Positions 29,479 to 38,147 of a stretch of 64,000 nucleotides of DNA are shown here, piece by piece. Position numbers and translations under genes: made by a program. Numbering within the stretch: position 1 is the first letter of the stretch; every line of letters starts with the position of its first letter. A model generated the notes under the pieces. The model did not search any database. It was given only the letters and a program-made list of their open reading frames with translations, and was not told the origin of the DNA. The stretch is from positions 172,392 through 236,391 of the IMG/VR virus record IMGVR_UViG_3300043464_001630. The stretch is one strand, 5' to 3'.

Positions 29479-29619
29479 ATGTCAAAACTAAACACAGTGA
29501 ATAACGGAAAGGGTGATAAACCTCGTCCAATCAAGGACATAGACACATACAACAAGAACTTCGACAGTATCTTTAAGAAAAAAGTTAAAAAAGTTCTTGA
29601 TCCTCAGAAGAAAAACTGA
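29479..29619 (+). CDS. Small phage protein (46 aa, not in the ORF track)
   Basis: GKGDKPRP..YNKNFDSIF motif; fills the intergenic gap. Confidence 0.55.
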   Translation: MSKLNTVNNGKGDKPRPIKDIDTYNKNFDSIFKKKVKKVLDPQKKN

Positions 29620-29634
29620 GATACTTTGTGAACT

Positions 29635-29943
29635 ATGAAAGAAGTGCCAACAGTATACGAACTGCGTAAACAAGGATGGAAAGTACGGGTGGGGCATCAT
29701 CGGGAATATTTCCGATATGATCCTTTCACTGGAAAACGTCACACAGCTTGGATTCTACAATCTATGGTTGAAGACGAACCAGAAGAGTGGTTTCTATCTC
29801 CACGAGGCGGTAAAACCACAATTATGATTACCACAGATAAAAATGAAGATCTGTATGGCGAATCAATTTGTTCTTCGAAAGAACATTATCGTCGAAGCAC
29901 TGGTTTGAAGAAAGCAGTAGCTCGTGCGCTTTCAGCAGTTTAA
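29635..29943 (+). CDS. Hypothetical phage protein
   Basis: ORF downstream of a TTGATC-17-GATACT promoter. Confidence 0.65.
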   Translation: MKEVPTVYELRKQGWKVRVGHHREYFRYDPFTGKRHTAWILQSMVEDEPEEWFLSPRGGKTTIMITTDKNEDLYGESICSSKEHYRRSTGLKKAVARALSAV

Positions 29944-29952
29944 AAACAACTA

Positions 29953-30153
29953 ATGAACGAAACTACTTTTCGCAAGAAGCACAAGTTCGTCTATAACTTT
30001 TTCTTGACTCCAGAAGAAAAAGAACTTATCTTCACCCTAAAGCATCTTCATCGCCTAAACAATAGTCTAGGTAACGATTCTGAAAAATATTCAGATTTCA
30101 TTAATAAAATGTCTTGCTATTATAAACAAATTCTGTCAGAATATAACGACTAA
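29953..30153 (+). CDS. Hypothetical protein
   Basis: Operon spacing. Confidence 0.55.
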   Translation: MNETTFRKKHKFVYNFFLTPEEKELIFTLKHLHRLNNSLGNDSEKYSDFINKMSCYYKQILSEYND

Positions 30154-30163
30154 CAACTCTCCT

Positions 30164-30418
30164 ATGAGAAACACAAAAACAACAACAAAGCGGACTCAGC
30201 GGGCATGTCTCGGTGAGTGTTCAACTGAAACTTGGCTATCGTCTACTGCGACACGGCCAAAGACTGTAGTTCTAACTCTAGAACGCACAAAGAACGGATA
30301 CACAGTTCAGAATGCTACTATTCTGAAGCGTGTAAATCAATACAATGCCATTCCTGTTGAAGCGAATGTGCGTGCAATTACCAAGGACATTAACCAGAAA
30401 GGTGTTACACTAATCTAA
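30164..30418 (+). CDS. Basic hypothetical protein
   Basis: Operon spacing; followed by a terminator. Confidence 0.6.
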   Translation: MRNTKTTTKRTQRACLGECSTETWLSSTATRPKTVVLTLERTKNGYTVQNATILKRVNQYNAIPVEANVRAITKDINQKGVTLI

Positions 30419-30451
30419 AAAGTTAGTGTTGTGATGAGGGCTGGCTGCACC

Positions 30452-30492
30452 ACCGCTATCTCAGTAACATGAGATAGCGGTGTTTCTTTTTA
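30452..30492 (+). terminator. Intrinsic terminator
   Basis: CACCGCTATCTCA/TGAGATAGCGGTG followed by a T-run. Confidence 0.85.
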
Positions 30493-30930
30493 TAATTTGC
30501 CTTTTAGTGTTTGATATTCCATTTGTGAAGCAGTACCATCTAGTACTCTTCTAGCCGCTTTCATTTCCCCGAATTTGTATATACCTAAAATTGCAATGAT
30601 GTGTAATAGCCAAACAGATATTCTAAAAAATGTTTGTAGCTTTTCATTTCTCAATGATATGTTATAATCTTTCAAGATTGTTATAACCACATCTTTTACC
30701 AGATCTATACTTTCGTTTTTTAGTCTTTTTAATAAAAGAAAAATTTCATCTTTCAATGAATGAACTTTTTTGGTATTAATTGGCCGACCTTGGTTGTCTT
30801 GTGTGAGAAGAATTTTGATTTCTTCCCATTTTTGTAGAATCTCTTTTTTCTTGTTTTTTACTTCATCGATAAGTCCTTCTTCTAAGTAATAAAATTCTTG
30901 AAAACTCATTACGGCATTTTCTTTTTTCAT
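30490..30930 (-). CDS. Putative internal-head or membrane protein
   Basis: TAAATA box; N-terminal SFQEFYYLEE; one hydrophobic segment. Confidence 0.55.
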   Translation of the reverse strand: MKKENAVMSFQEFYYLEEGLIDEVKNKKKEILQKWEEIKILLTQDNQGRPINTKKVHSLKDEIFLLLKRLKNESIDLVKDVVITILKDYNISLRNEKLQTFFRISVWLLHIIAILGIYKFGEMKAARRVLDGTASQMEYQTLKGKL

Positions 30931-30972
30931 AAAATTATTTATCAAAAATGACCACGAAAGATAAATCTATTT

Positions 30973-31287
30973 ATGATAGTAATTTTCAAAAAAATCATTG
31001 ATATGTTTATGAATTTATTATCAGAAAAACCTAAATCTAAATCATTAGAAAATATCGAATTAGAAATAACATGGAGTGACATAGCATCTGGTACTTCCAA
31101 TTCAAAAAATGGTTCAGTATTGGCATATTCCATGAGAAGAAATGGTATGTTTGGTTATGCCACAGAAAGTAATATAGTTTTAGAAAACGGAGATGTTTAT
31201 TATCCAGTAGACTTATCAAGTCACTGGGAGGCTTATATCAATTCACCAAAAATAAAGCCAAAAACCCTACTATATTTTTTGGAATAA
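30973..31287 (+). CDS. Hypothetical protein
   Basis: ORF track. Confidence 0.5.
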   Translation: MIVIFKKIIDMFMNLLSEKPKSKSLENIELEITWSDIASGTSNSKNGSVLAYSMRRNGMFGYATESNIVLENGDVYYPVDLSSHWEAYINSPKIKPKTLLYFLE

Positions 31288-31312
31288 TGTGCTAAATTCC
31301 ATAAGTTAGTTT

Positions 31313-31570
31313 ATGGAACAGGAGAAAAAATATATTCATATCTCTATTGAAAAGTACGACGCTTTATTAGACGATTGGATAGAGGCTACCGGAACGTATG
31401 CCGATCAATTTAATCTCCACAAAGTGATGAAAAAGTTTGACGAATCGTGTGGGATAGTACATGCTGAGACCGAATTCGATGATGTGGATTTTGATGATTC
31501 ATACACATTCGAAGTAATAGACGGAAAGAAGTTTTTCGTCTCAGCATTAAAATACGATCTTATTAAGTGA
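31313..31570 (+). CDS. Small acidic phage protein with a C-terminal FEVID.K.F...LKY motif
   Basis: Motif shared with 47882-48115 and 61757-61996. Confidence 0.6.
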   Translation: MEQEKKYIHISIEKYDALLDDWIEATGTYADQFNLHKVMKKFDESCGIVHAETEFDDVDFDDSYTFEVIDGKKFFVSALKYDLIK

Positions 31571-31571
31571 A

Positions 31572-31970
31572 ATGTTTGAAAAATATCTAGAAATTACAAG
31601 GGCACTCATGAGCGAAGGGTTCTCTACACGAACGTTTCATACTACGTTCATTGTTAAAAAGAATAGAATTCAAAAAATTGGTATTAATGCGAACAAAACT
31701 CATCCTGCCAATCTGAAGTATGATTATTATTCCAAAAACGGAATAGATCTCAGAAGCATGGTTGGCGTACACTCTGAACTTTCTGCTATTTTGAAATACG
31801 GTAAAGAAGATTGTTCTGATTGTACTTTTGTAAATGTAAGAATTGATAGAAAAGGAAAGACGACAATTTCCAAGCCTTGTAGAGGATGTCAAGATTTGTT
31901 GATGCAAGTTGGATTTAAAAGATTGTATTTTTCGAATGATATGGGAGAATTTGAACAGTGGAAAATTTAA
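31572..31970 (+). CDS. Second Zn-dependent cytidine/nucleotide deaminase-fold protein
   Basis: HSE.SAI and SKPCRGC motifs. Confidence 0.75.
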   Translation: MFEKYLEITRALMSEGFSTRTFHTTFIVKKNRIQKIGINANKTHPANLKYDYYSKNGIDLRSMVGVHSELSAILKYGKEDCSDCTFVNVRIDRKGKTTISKPCRGCQDLLMQVGFKRLYFSNDMGEFEQWKI

Positions 31971-31972
31971 AT

Positions 31973-32437
31973 ATGAAAACACGAACAACGCTAGCACTAC
32001 TACTATCAATGATGACCTCCACATCTTTCGGAGGAGCAAAACTTGACGAAACACTTAAACCTCCATTTTCTTCGATTAAGATTGATCAAGAAACTTATCT
32101 GACCGATACAAACGGAATTTTAAATCCAAAGATGTTGCTTGGATTGATTCCGTCGAATTTGGTTAAAATCTATCTGACTGATGGAACTGTACTGAATGGA
32201 ATCGTAAAAGAAACTGATATTTTCAATAACGAAACGTATAAAGTGTTCGGAGAAATCACAAACAAGAATAATGTTGGTTTTGGTTTTGTGATGACAAAAG
32301 AAGGAATCTTTGCCGGAGCCGTAGTGTTTCGGGATACGGATGAAGTATTTGCGGTGAAGTACAGCGAAGAAGCTAAAGCATTCACGCTGGTGAAATCTCT
32401 TGGAAAGAAATTCACGCCATCAGTTTTTCAAAAATAA
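31973..32437 (+). CDS. Exported protein with a signal peptide
   Basis: MKTRTTLALLLSMMTSTSFG N-terminus. Confidence 0.55.
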   Translation: MKTRTTLALLLSMMTSTSFGGAKLDETLKPPFSSIKIDQETYLTDTNGILNPKMLLGLIPSNLVKIYLTDGTVLNGIVKETDIFNNETYKVFGEITNKNNVGFGFVMTKEGIFAGAVVFRDTDEVFAVKYSEEAKAFTLVKSLGKKFTPSVFQK

Positions 32438-32440
32438 TTC

Positions 32441-32468
32441 TTGCAAGTGTCCTACAATCTGCTATCTT
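32441..32468 (+). promoter_or_regulatory. sigma70-like promoter
   Basis: TTGCAA-16-TATCTT with a TG extension. Similar elements occur at 28757, 29597, 33609, 37756, 41395, 48553, 54465, 59740, 62892 and 63072. Confidence 0.6.
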
Positions 32469-32518
32469 CCTCACATCAGCAAGAGCTGAAACCTTAAAAA
32501 CCAAAAACCAAAACTACC

Positions 32519-33589
32519 ATGAGTGAATCGACAAGAACTGTAACACCAAATGCCTTGATCAAGGCAGTAAAGCAAGCCATCAAGGTAAAGCGTCCTGTGA
32601 TGATCTATTCAGCACCGGGCTGTGGAAAGTCTGACATCGTACATCAAATCGGAAAAGAACTGGGTCGTCCAGTGATTGATATTCGTTTGGCTCTTTATGA
32701 TCCTTCGGACATCAAGGGATTTCCTTACTTCGATCCAAAGTCAGAGTCTATGAAGTGGGCTCCTTCTTCGGAATTTCCAAAGGATGAATTCTCGAATGCT
32801 ATCATCTTTTTGGACGAGCTAGTATCGGCGGCTCCTTCAACACAAGCAGCAGCATATCAGCTCGTGCTTAACTATCGTGTTGGTGAATATGTTCTTCCAA
32901 AGAACTGTGCTATTGTTGCAGCAGGTAATCGCGCATCAGATCGTGGAGTCGTATACAAGATGCCAATGCCACTTGCAAATCGTTTCATTCATCTGGATCT
33001 AAAGGTTGATGTAGACGAATGGATTGACTGGGCACTGAATAACAGCATTCACAAAGATGTCGTGGGTTATGTTTCTCACATGAAGCAAGATTTGTTCTCG
33101 TTCGATCCAAAGACATCTGGTCATGCATTTGCAACTCCACGCACTTGGCAGTTCGTATCACAATTTCTACAAGACGAAGACGAAATGGGCGAAGACACTG
33201 CACTAGACCTTATTTCAGGAACAATTGGTGACGGATTGGCATTGAAGTTTAATGCGTATCGTAAAACTTCAGCAAAGCTTCCGAAAGCAATTGATATTCT
33301 CGAAGGAAAGGTTTCGTCACTAAAGACGAAAGAAATCGGAGCCCTTTATTCTCTTGTTATTTCTCTTTCTTATGAACTGAAAGAATTTCACGAAAAGAAA
33401 GTCAAAAACTTCTGGGGTTATATGGACACTGCTTTTGATTTCTGCATGAAGAATCTTCCTGCTGAATTGAATGTCATGTTCTCCAAGACTCTCATGAAGA
33501 ATTGCGGAGTTCCCATCGAACCAGACAAGATGAACAAGTTTGATGATTACTACAAGGAATACGGTAAGTATATCTTTGCGAATGTTTAA
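32519..33589 (+). CDS. MoxR-type AAA+ ATPase
   Basis: Walker A SAPGCGKS, Walker B IIFLDE, AAGN, PLANRF.H and TPR.W. Confidence 0.9.
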   Translation: MSESTRTVTPNALIKAVKQAIKVKRPVMIYSAPGCGKSDIVHQIGKELGRPVIDIRLALYDPSDIKGFPYFDPKSESMKWAPSSEFPKDEFSNAIIFLDELVSAAPSTQAAAYQLVLNYRVGEYVLPKNCAIVAAGNRASDRGVVYKMPMPLANRFIHLDLKVDVDEWIDWALNNSIHKDVVGYVSHMKQDLFSFDPKTSGHAFATPRTWQFVSQFLQDEDEMGEDTALDLISGTIGDGLALKFNAYRKTSAKLPKAIDILEGKVSSLKTKEIGALYSLVISLSYELKEFHEKKVKNFWGYMDTAFDFCMKNLPAELNVMFSKTLMKNCGVPIEPDKMNKFDDYYKEYGKYIFANV

Positions 33590-33611
33590 AATTTGGTAGT
33601 GGTTATGGTTG

Positions 33612-33652
33612 ACGCGGTCACATTTTAGTGATAGAATGTGACCGCGTTTTTT
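33612..33652 (+). terminator. Intrinsic terminator hairpin overlapping a sigma70-like promoter
   Basis: ACGCGGTCACATT/AATGTGACCGCGT followed by a T-run; TTGACG-17-TAGAAT overlaps it. Confidence 0.7.
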
Positions 33653-33658
33653 AAACAT

Positions 33659-33982
33659 ATGATTACACGATCCGAACTAGACGACTTTGTAGACGAGAAT
33701 TATCCTGATGAGGATATTCTAATTCCTGATGGCTTTGAAGAAGCATTCGTCGGAATTGCAATGCAATTTAATAAAGCCATTGCTATTTTTGATAAGCAGA
33801 AGTGTATAGAAATTCTTTGTAGAGATATGTCTCGCGAAGATGCGTTAGAGTATTTCTACTATAACGTAGAAGGAGCATACGTAGGTGAAAGGACTCCAGC
33901 TTTTTTAGATTTTTTTAAATTCGAAACAAATGATGTTTCCGAAAAACACATAGCAGAACAGTTTGAACTTCCCTTAAATTAA
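33659..33982 (+). CDS. Conserved hypothetical phage protein
   Basis: DGFEEAFVG..DALEYFYYNVEGAYVGE.TP. Confidence 0.7.
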   Translation: MITRSELDDFVDENYPDEDILIPDGFEEAFVGIAMQFNKAIAIFDKQKCIEILCRDMSREDALEYFYYNVEGAYVGERTPAFLDFFKFETNDVSEKHIAEQFELPLN

Positions 33983-33990
33983 ACAATTAA

Positions 33991-35004
33991 ATGAAACTAG
34001 CAACAGTTGAAATCATTAAAGAACTACTTCCTATTGATGGCGCAGATCGAATCGAACTTTGTAAAGTTAACGGATGGCATAGTGTCGTCCTTAAAGATAC
34101 TTTTAGAGTTGGTGATCGTGTCGTTTTTATCCCTATTGATACTATCATTGATCCTGCGCCTTGGAACTCTGCTTTCCATGATAAAGATAATCCATCTGCT
34201 GCTATCCGTGTAAAAACTAAAAAGCTACGTGGAGTAATTTCTAGTGGTTTGATATTTCATACAAACATTATTCCTGATCCATTTTATCAGCCAGAAATTG
34301 GAGAAGACGTTTCTGGCCTTATTGGTGGAATTTCCAAATATATTAAATCCATACCGATTCAGCTACAAGGAATTGCCAAGGGTGATTTTCCAACACACAT
34401 TGTTTCTAAAACAGACGAAGATAATCTTTTATCTAATCCACAAGTTTTAGAAGAATTAAAAGAATGTGATACGATCACGGTAACATTGAAGGCAGATGGA
34501 ACTTCTGGAACTTTTATTAAAGAACTAGACGGAACATTTCGTGTATGTTCACGTAATCTAGAATTAGAAGATGGAGACAATATTTATCGGCAAATGGCTA
34601 AGAAATACGATCTACAGAATCTGATGGGAGACGGAATGGTTTTTGGAGGAGAAATTATTGGACAAGGGGTACAGAGCAATCCTCTAAAAATCGAAGGTAA
34701 TGAATTTCATATTTTTAATATTAAAGATTTAAATGACAATTCTTATCTATCATATGACGACATGGTTCTTACTCTAGAAGGTTCTGGATTGAATGTAGTT
34801 AAAGAAGTGAAGAGACTCGAAGGAGAAGATGTGAAGAATATTTCGCTCAATTACTTCCAAAATCTAGCAAACGAACAGAAGTATGGAACTGATCCCGCAG
34901 AAGGTATTGTGATCAGAGGCTATAAGAATAATCAAACAGTTTATAGTCCTACACTACAAAAGATGCTGAGTGTAAAGGTTATTAATCAAAATTACGTGGA
35001 TTAA
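33991..35004 (+). CDS. ATP-dependent RNA ligase, DRB0094/Rnl5-like, with an N-terminal OB fold
   Basis: KLATV..I.GADRIE N-terminus; KADGTS, CSRN, GEIIG, EGIVIR and SVKVIN. Confidence 0.88.
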   Translation: MKLATVEIIKELLPIDGADRIELCKVNGWHSVVLKDTFRVGDRVVFIPIDTIIDPAPWNSAFHDKDNPSAAIRVKTKKLRGVISSGLIFHTNIIPDPFYQPEIGEDVSGLIGGISKYIKSIPIQLQGIAKGDFPTHIVSKTDEDNLLSNPQVLEELKECDTITVTLKADGTSGTFIKELDGTFRVCSRNLELEDGDNIYRQMAKKYDLQNLMGDGMVFGGEIIGQGVQSNPLKIEGNEFHIFNIKDLNDNSYLSYDDMVLTLEGSGLNVVKEVKRLEGEDVKNISLNYFQNLANEQKYGTDPAEGIVIRGYKNNQTVYSPTLQKMLSVKVINQNYVD

Positions 35005-35007
35005 GTT

Positions 35008-35235
35008 ATGAGCTTGGATAAACGAATCGCCAAAGGAGAGGAAAAGCGTAAACCTTATTTCGATTCGCGGCGATTCGATTATTCCTGTAGAAACCACGGC
35101 ACTTGTCCTTGGTGCTACGGAAATAGAATGCATAAAAACAAAAAACAAGAAATTTCTTGCGAACAACAAGAAAAAGAAGTAACATCAGAAGATCATGACG
35201 AATCGAATTCAAATGGCACGCAAGAAGAAAACTAA
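35008..35235 (+). CDS. Small Cys/His phage protein
   Basis: D.SCRNHG.C.WC..NR.H motif. Confidence 0.65.
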   Translation: MSLDKRIAKGEEKRKPYFDSRRFDYSCRNHGTCPWCYGNRMHKNKKQEISCEQQEKEVTSEDHDESNSNGTQEEN

Positions 35236-36454
35236 TTCTTCAGAAGAACCTAAAGTTCTTCCATCACAAGCAGTGATTGAAGATAAACTAAGAGCAGCAA
35301 GAATCGGTCTTCTCTTGCGTCAGCCTTTCTTTGGTAGCATGGCTACGCATCTTAATATTGTCAGAGATGATAATATGAACACTGCTGCTACTGATGGTAG
35401 GAATTTCTTTTATAACCTAGAATTCATTTCTAGTCTGAGCGTTAAAGAAACTGAATTTCTTTTTGGTCATGAAGTTCTGCATAATGTATTTGAGCATCAT
35501 ATTAGAAAAGATTTTCCTGATAGTGTTACTGAAATTAACGAAGACGGAACTTTCACTAAAAAGTGTCGTCATCACACACTCTGGAACATTGCATGTGATT
35601 ATGCAGTAAATGCGATTCTTATTGAATCTGGTATTGGTAGTAGGATTGAAAACACTCTTTTCGATGAAAAGTATAAAGGTAAGTGTTCTGAAGAAATCTA
35701 TGATGATCTCTTAAAGAATGCAGATAAGATTGATATCGATGATCTATCAGACATGTTGTTGGATGAACATCTTTCTGATCTAGAAAAGAAAGGCAAGAAG
35801 CTCACAGAAGCAGAAAAGCAACAGATCCGAAACGAAATCAAAGAGAATCTCTTATCATCTGCCAAGAGTGCAGGAAACGTACCATCTGGTGTAGATCGCT
35901 TAATTAAGAATCTAACAGCTCCTACTCTTTCTTGGAAAGAACTGTTAAAGATGGATATTCAATCACAAATCAAATACGATTATACTTTCTATACACCAAA
36001 TAAGAAAGGAATGCAAAACGGTGTTGTATTGCCCGGTATGCGTAGAGATGAAGCATTGGATATTTGTGTAGCTATTGATACATCTGGTAGTATTGATGAA
36101 AATACACTGAATGTTTTTCTTAGTGAAATTAATGGCATCATGGAACAATACGATGATTATACTATTCGTGTTTGGTCATTTGATGCCGAAGTTCATAACG
36201 AACAAGTATACAGAAGTGATGAAGGAGCAGATATCACAGATTATGTACCGGCAGGTGGAGGTGGTACTTTATTCGAAGCAAATTGGGATTACATGAAGAA
36301 GAACAACATCAGCCCGAAAGTATTCATCATGTTTACCGATATGTATCCATGCGGAGGATGGGGTGATCCAGACTATTGCGATCATGTGATATTTGTCGGA
36401 TACAAATCAAACGGTAAAGTTGCACCATTTGGAACAACAATTACGATTGATTAA
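35195..36454 (+). CDS. DUF2201-type metallopeptidase-like plus vWA domain protein (MoxR partner)
   Basis: TAATDG, HEVLH, WNIACD, MIDAS motif IDTSGS, GGGGT and FTD. Confidence 0.88.
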   Translation: MTNRIQMARKKKTNSSEEPKVLPSQAVIEDKLRAARIGLLLRQPFFGSMATHLNIVRDDNMNTAATDGRNFFYNLEFISSLSVKETEFLFGHEVLHNVFEHHIRKDFPDSVTEINEDGTFTKKCRHHTLWNIACDYAVNAILIESGIGSRIENTLFDEKYKGKCSEEIYDDLLKNADKIDIDDLSDMLLDEHLSDLEKKGKKLTEAEKQQIRNEIKENLLSSAKSAGNVPSGVDRLIKNLTAPTLSWKELLKMDIQSQIKYDYTFYTPNKKGMQNGVVLPGMRRDEALDICVAIDTSGSIDENTLNVFLSEINGIMEQYDDYTIRVWSFDAEVHNEQVYRSDEGADITDYVPAGGGGTLFEANWDYMKKNNISPKVFIMFTDMYPCGGWGDPDYCDHVIFVGYKSNGKVAPFGTTITID

Positions 36455-36829
36455 ATGAATTGGCACGATATAGACTTGCTTGATCGAGTTGTAACTACAT
36501 TAAATCAACTTGGCTATAAAATAGCTCCAGCTAAATATGGAAGATCCGAAATTGGAGTATATCCTTTAGAAGATAAAAATCCACTATATTCTAGAGATGC
36601 CGAAATCTATGCAGGTACATTAGAACAAATTGCTTGCTGGATGCGAGGCGTACAACATCAGGACGGTTATCTAAAAATGCTAAAAGCCACATCAGATAAA
36701 CGTATTAAAGAGTTAGAAGAAAAGTACGTTAAATCTAAGATCCAAAAAGGAATGTTAGAAAAAATTAAGAATCCAGATAAAAAATTAGATAAAAATACAG
36801 AAGATTTAATTAAGTTGCGTGCTAAATAA
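36455..36829 (+). CDS. Hypothetical protein
   Basis: Abuts the vWA gene. Confidence 0.65.
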   Translation: MNWHDIDLLDRVVTTLNQLGYKIAPAKYGRSEIGVYPLEDKNPLYSRDAEIYAGTLEQIACWMRGVQHQDGYLKMLKATSDKRIKELEEKYVKSKIQKGMLEKIKNPDKKLDKNTEDLIKLRAK

Positions 36830-36835
36830 TTTTCC

Positions 36836-37060
36836 ATGCAAAACATACAACCAGTGAAACAAACCGCCGACTACCTCCAATTAACACCTATTTTGGAGGC
36901 TATTCGAACTAACAATGATAAGCGTCCGTCTAATTCACTTCCAGTGAATACTAACGGAACTGTGCAGCAAAACAACAGCAAGTCCATTCCTGTGACGTTG
37001 TACAATGCTCACGGTATCGTTAGGAAGGAAAATCCAAACAGTTTGATTGGAATTGCCTAA
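36836..37060 (+). CDS. Hypothetical late protein
   Basis: TAAATA at 36823-36828. Confidence 0.55.
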   Translation: MQNIQPVKQTADYLQLTPILEAIRTNNDKRPSNSLPVNTNGTVQQNNSKSIPVTLYNAHGIVRKENPNSLIGIA

Positions 37061-37722
37061 GACGGTATTTTTACACCGTTAGCAACAAAAGGCGATTGGC
37101 TTAAACTCCAGTCGCCTTTTTTGATTCTGTCTAACATAAAATCTACTCTATAAACAGTTTTGTTTAAAATCTTTCTAGAATGGTTCGCTAACCAATTTCT
37201 TCTTGCTTTGCAATAAGATTCGATCCATACCTTTTCATCTCCTCCGTTAATAGGAGGACGTTCAGAAAACATATTGCGAAGTAAAGACAAAACAGAACCA
37301 GATTGTAGATAAGAATCACAAATAACTAGTTTAGAAAGTTCTTCTTTGAAGTTGTTTTTATCACAGAATCCATAGGCTGGATTTATGTACATTTCCTCGT
37401 ATGCTTCTTCTTGAACTTCTTGCATTATTGGATCTTTGGCTGATTCTTTGAGTAGAGATATGAATTTAGAATCTTCTACTAATGCCTTTACTCCTATGGA
37501 TGGAATATAAGGAGTGAATTTATCTGTATACGCTCCGTTCTTGAAACAATAAGATTTGATTAATTTTTTGAGATTACCGTATTCAGTAACACCGAAAGAT
37601 AATGTGATTTGTTTTTTATTGTTTGGACCGTCTTCCCATAGATATATCTTATCATATTTTATAGACGTTGATGATTGCTCAAATGCCAACAGTATCTTCT
37701 TGATTAAAGATTTTTTATCCAC
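37057..37722 (-). CDS. GH46 chitosanase-like, lysozyme-fold glycoside hydrolase; candidate endolysin
   Basis: FE.S....Y.....DG....IT..FG.T and DS..Q.G motifs; GTG start after a TAAATA box. Confidence 0.7.
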   Translation of the reverse strand: MDKKSLIKKILLAFEQSSTSIKYDKIYLWEDGPNNKKQITLSFGVTEYGNLKKLIKSYCFKNGAYTDKFTPYIPSIGVKALVEDSKFISLLKESAKDPIMQEVQEEAYEEMYINPAYGFCDKNNFKEELSKLVICDSYLQSGSVLSLLRNMFSERPPINGGDEKVWIESYCKARRNWLANHSRKILNKTVYRVDFMLDRIKKGDWSLSQSPFVANGVKIPS

Positions 37723-37791
37723 CTAATTATTTAGCCAAAATCTTTACAAAAGCCGTTGACAGCTTACAAAAAACCTAGTAGTCTCACACCC

Positions 37792-38145
37792 ATGAAGAAA
37801 CTGATAATCCTAACACTACTAGCCCTCACCAGTTGCACCACGGTGCGGCGTGACGATCATTCGTACACGTACATCCACAACTTCAATTCTTCTTCTGAAG
37901 AAAAGCCAGCAACACAACTCAAACGTCTTCGTGATGACGAACCTAATGGTGATTATCCATTTTATGACAAAGGTTTGCAAAGTTCTGCGGTAATTGATAA
38001 TAACGAACAGAAATCGAATAATTCTAATATTACTCACAATCATTATTATCCACAACGGGCAGCGGCAACTTATAATCCACCTCCTGCTTATTCTGGATTC
38101 GCTCCTTCTGCTAGGCGTTATCTACTTCATGGAGAAGTGCGTTAA
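37792..38145 (+). CDS. Putative lipoprotein
   Basis: MKKLIILTLLALTSC lipobox. Confidence 0.6.
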   Translation: MKKLIILTLLALTSCTTVRRDDHSYTYIHNFNSSSEEKPATQLKRLRDDEPNGDYPFYDKGLQSSAVIDNNEQKSNNSNITHNHYYPQRAAATYNPPPAYSGFAPSARRYLLHGEVR

Positions 38146-38147
38146 CC

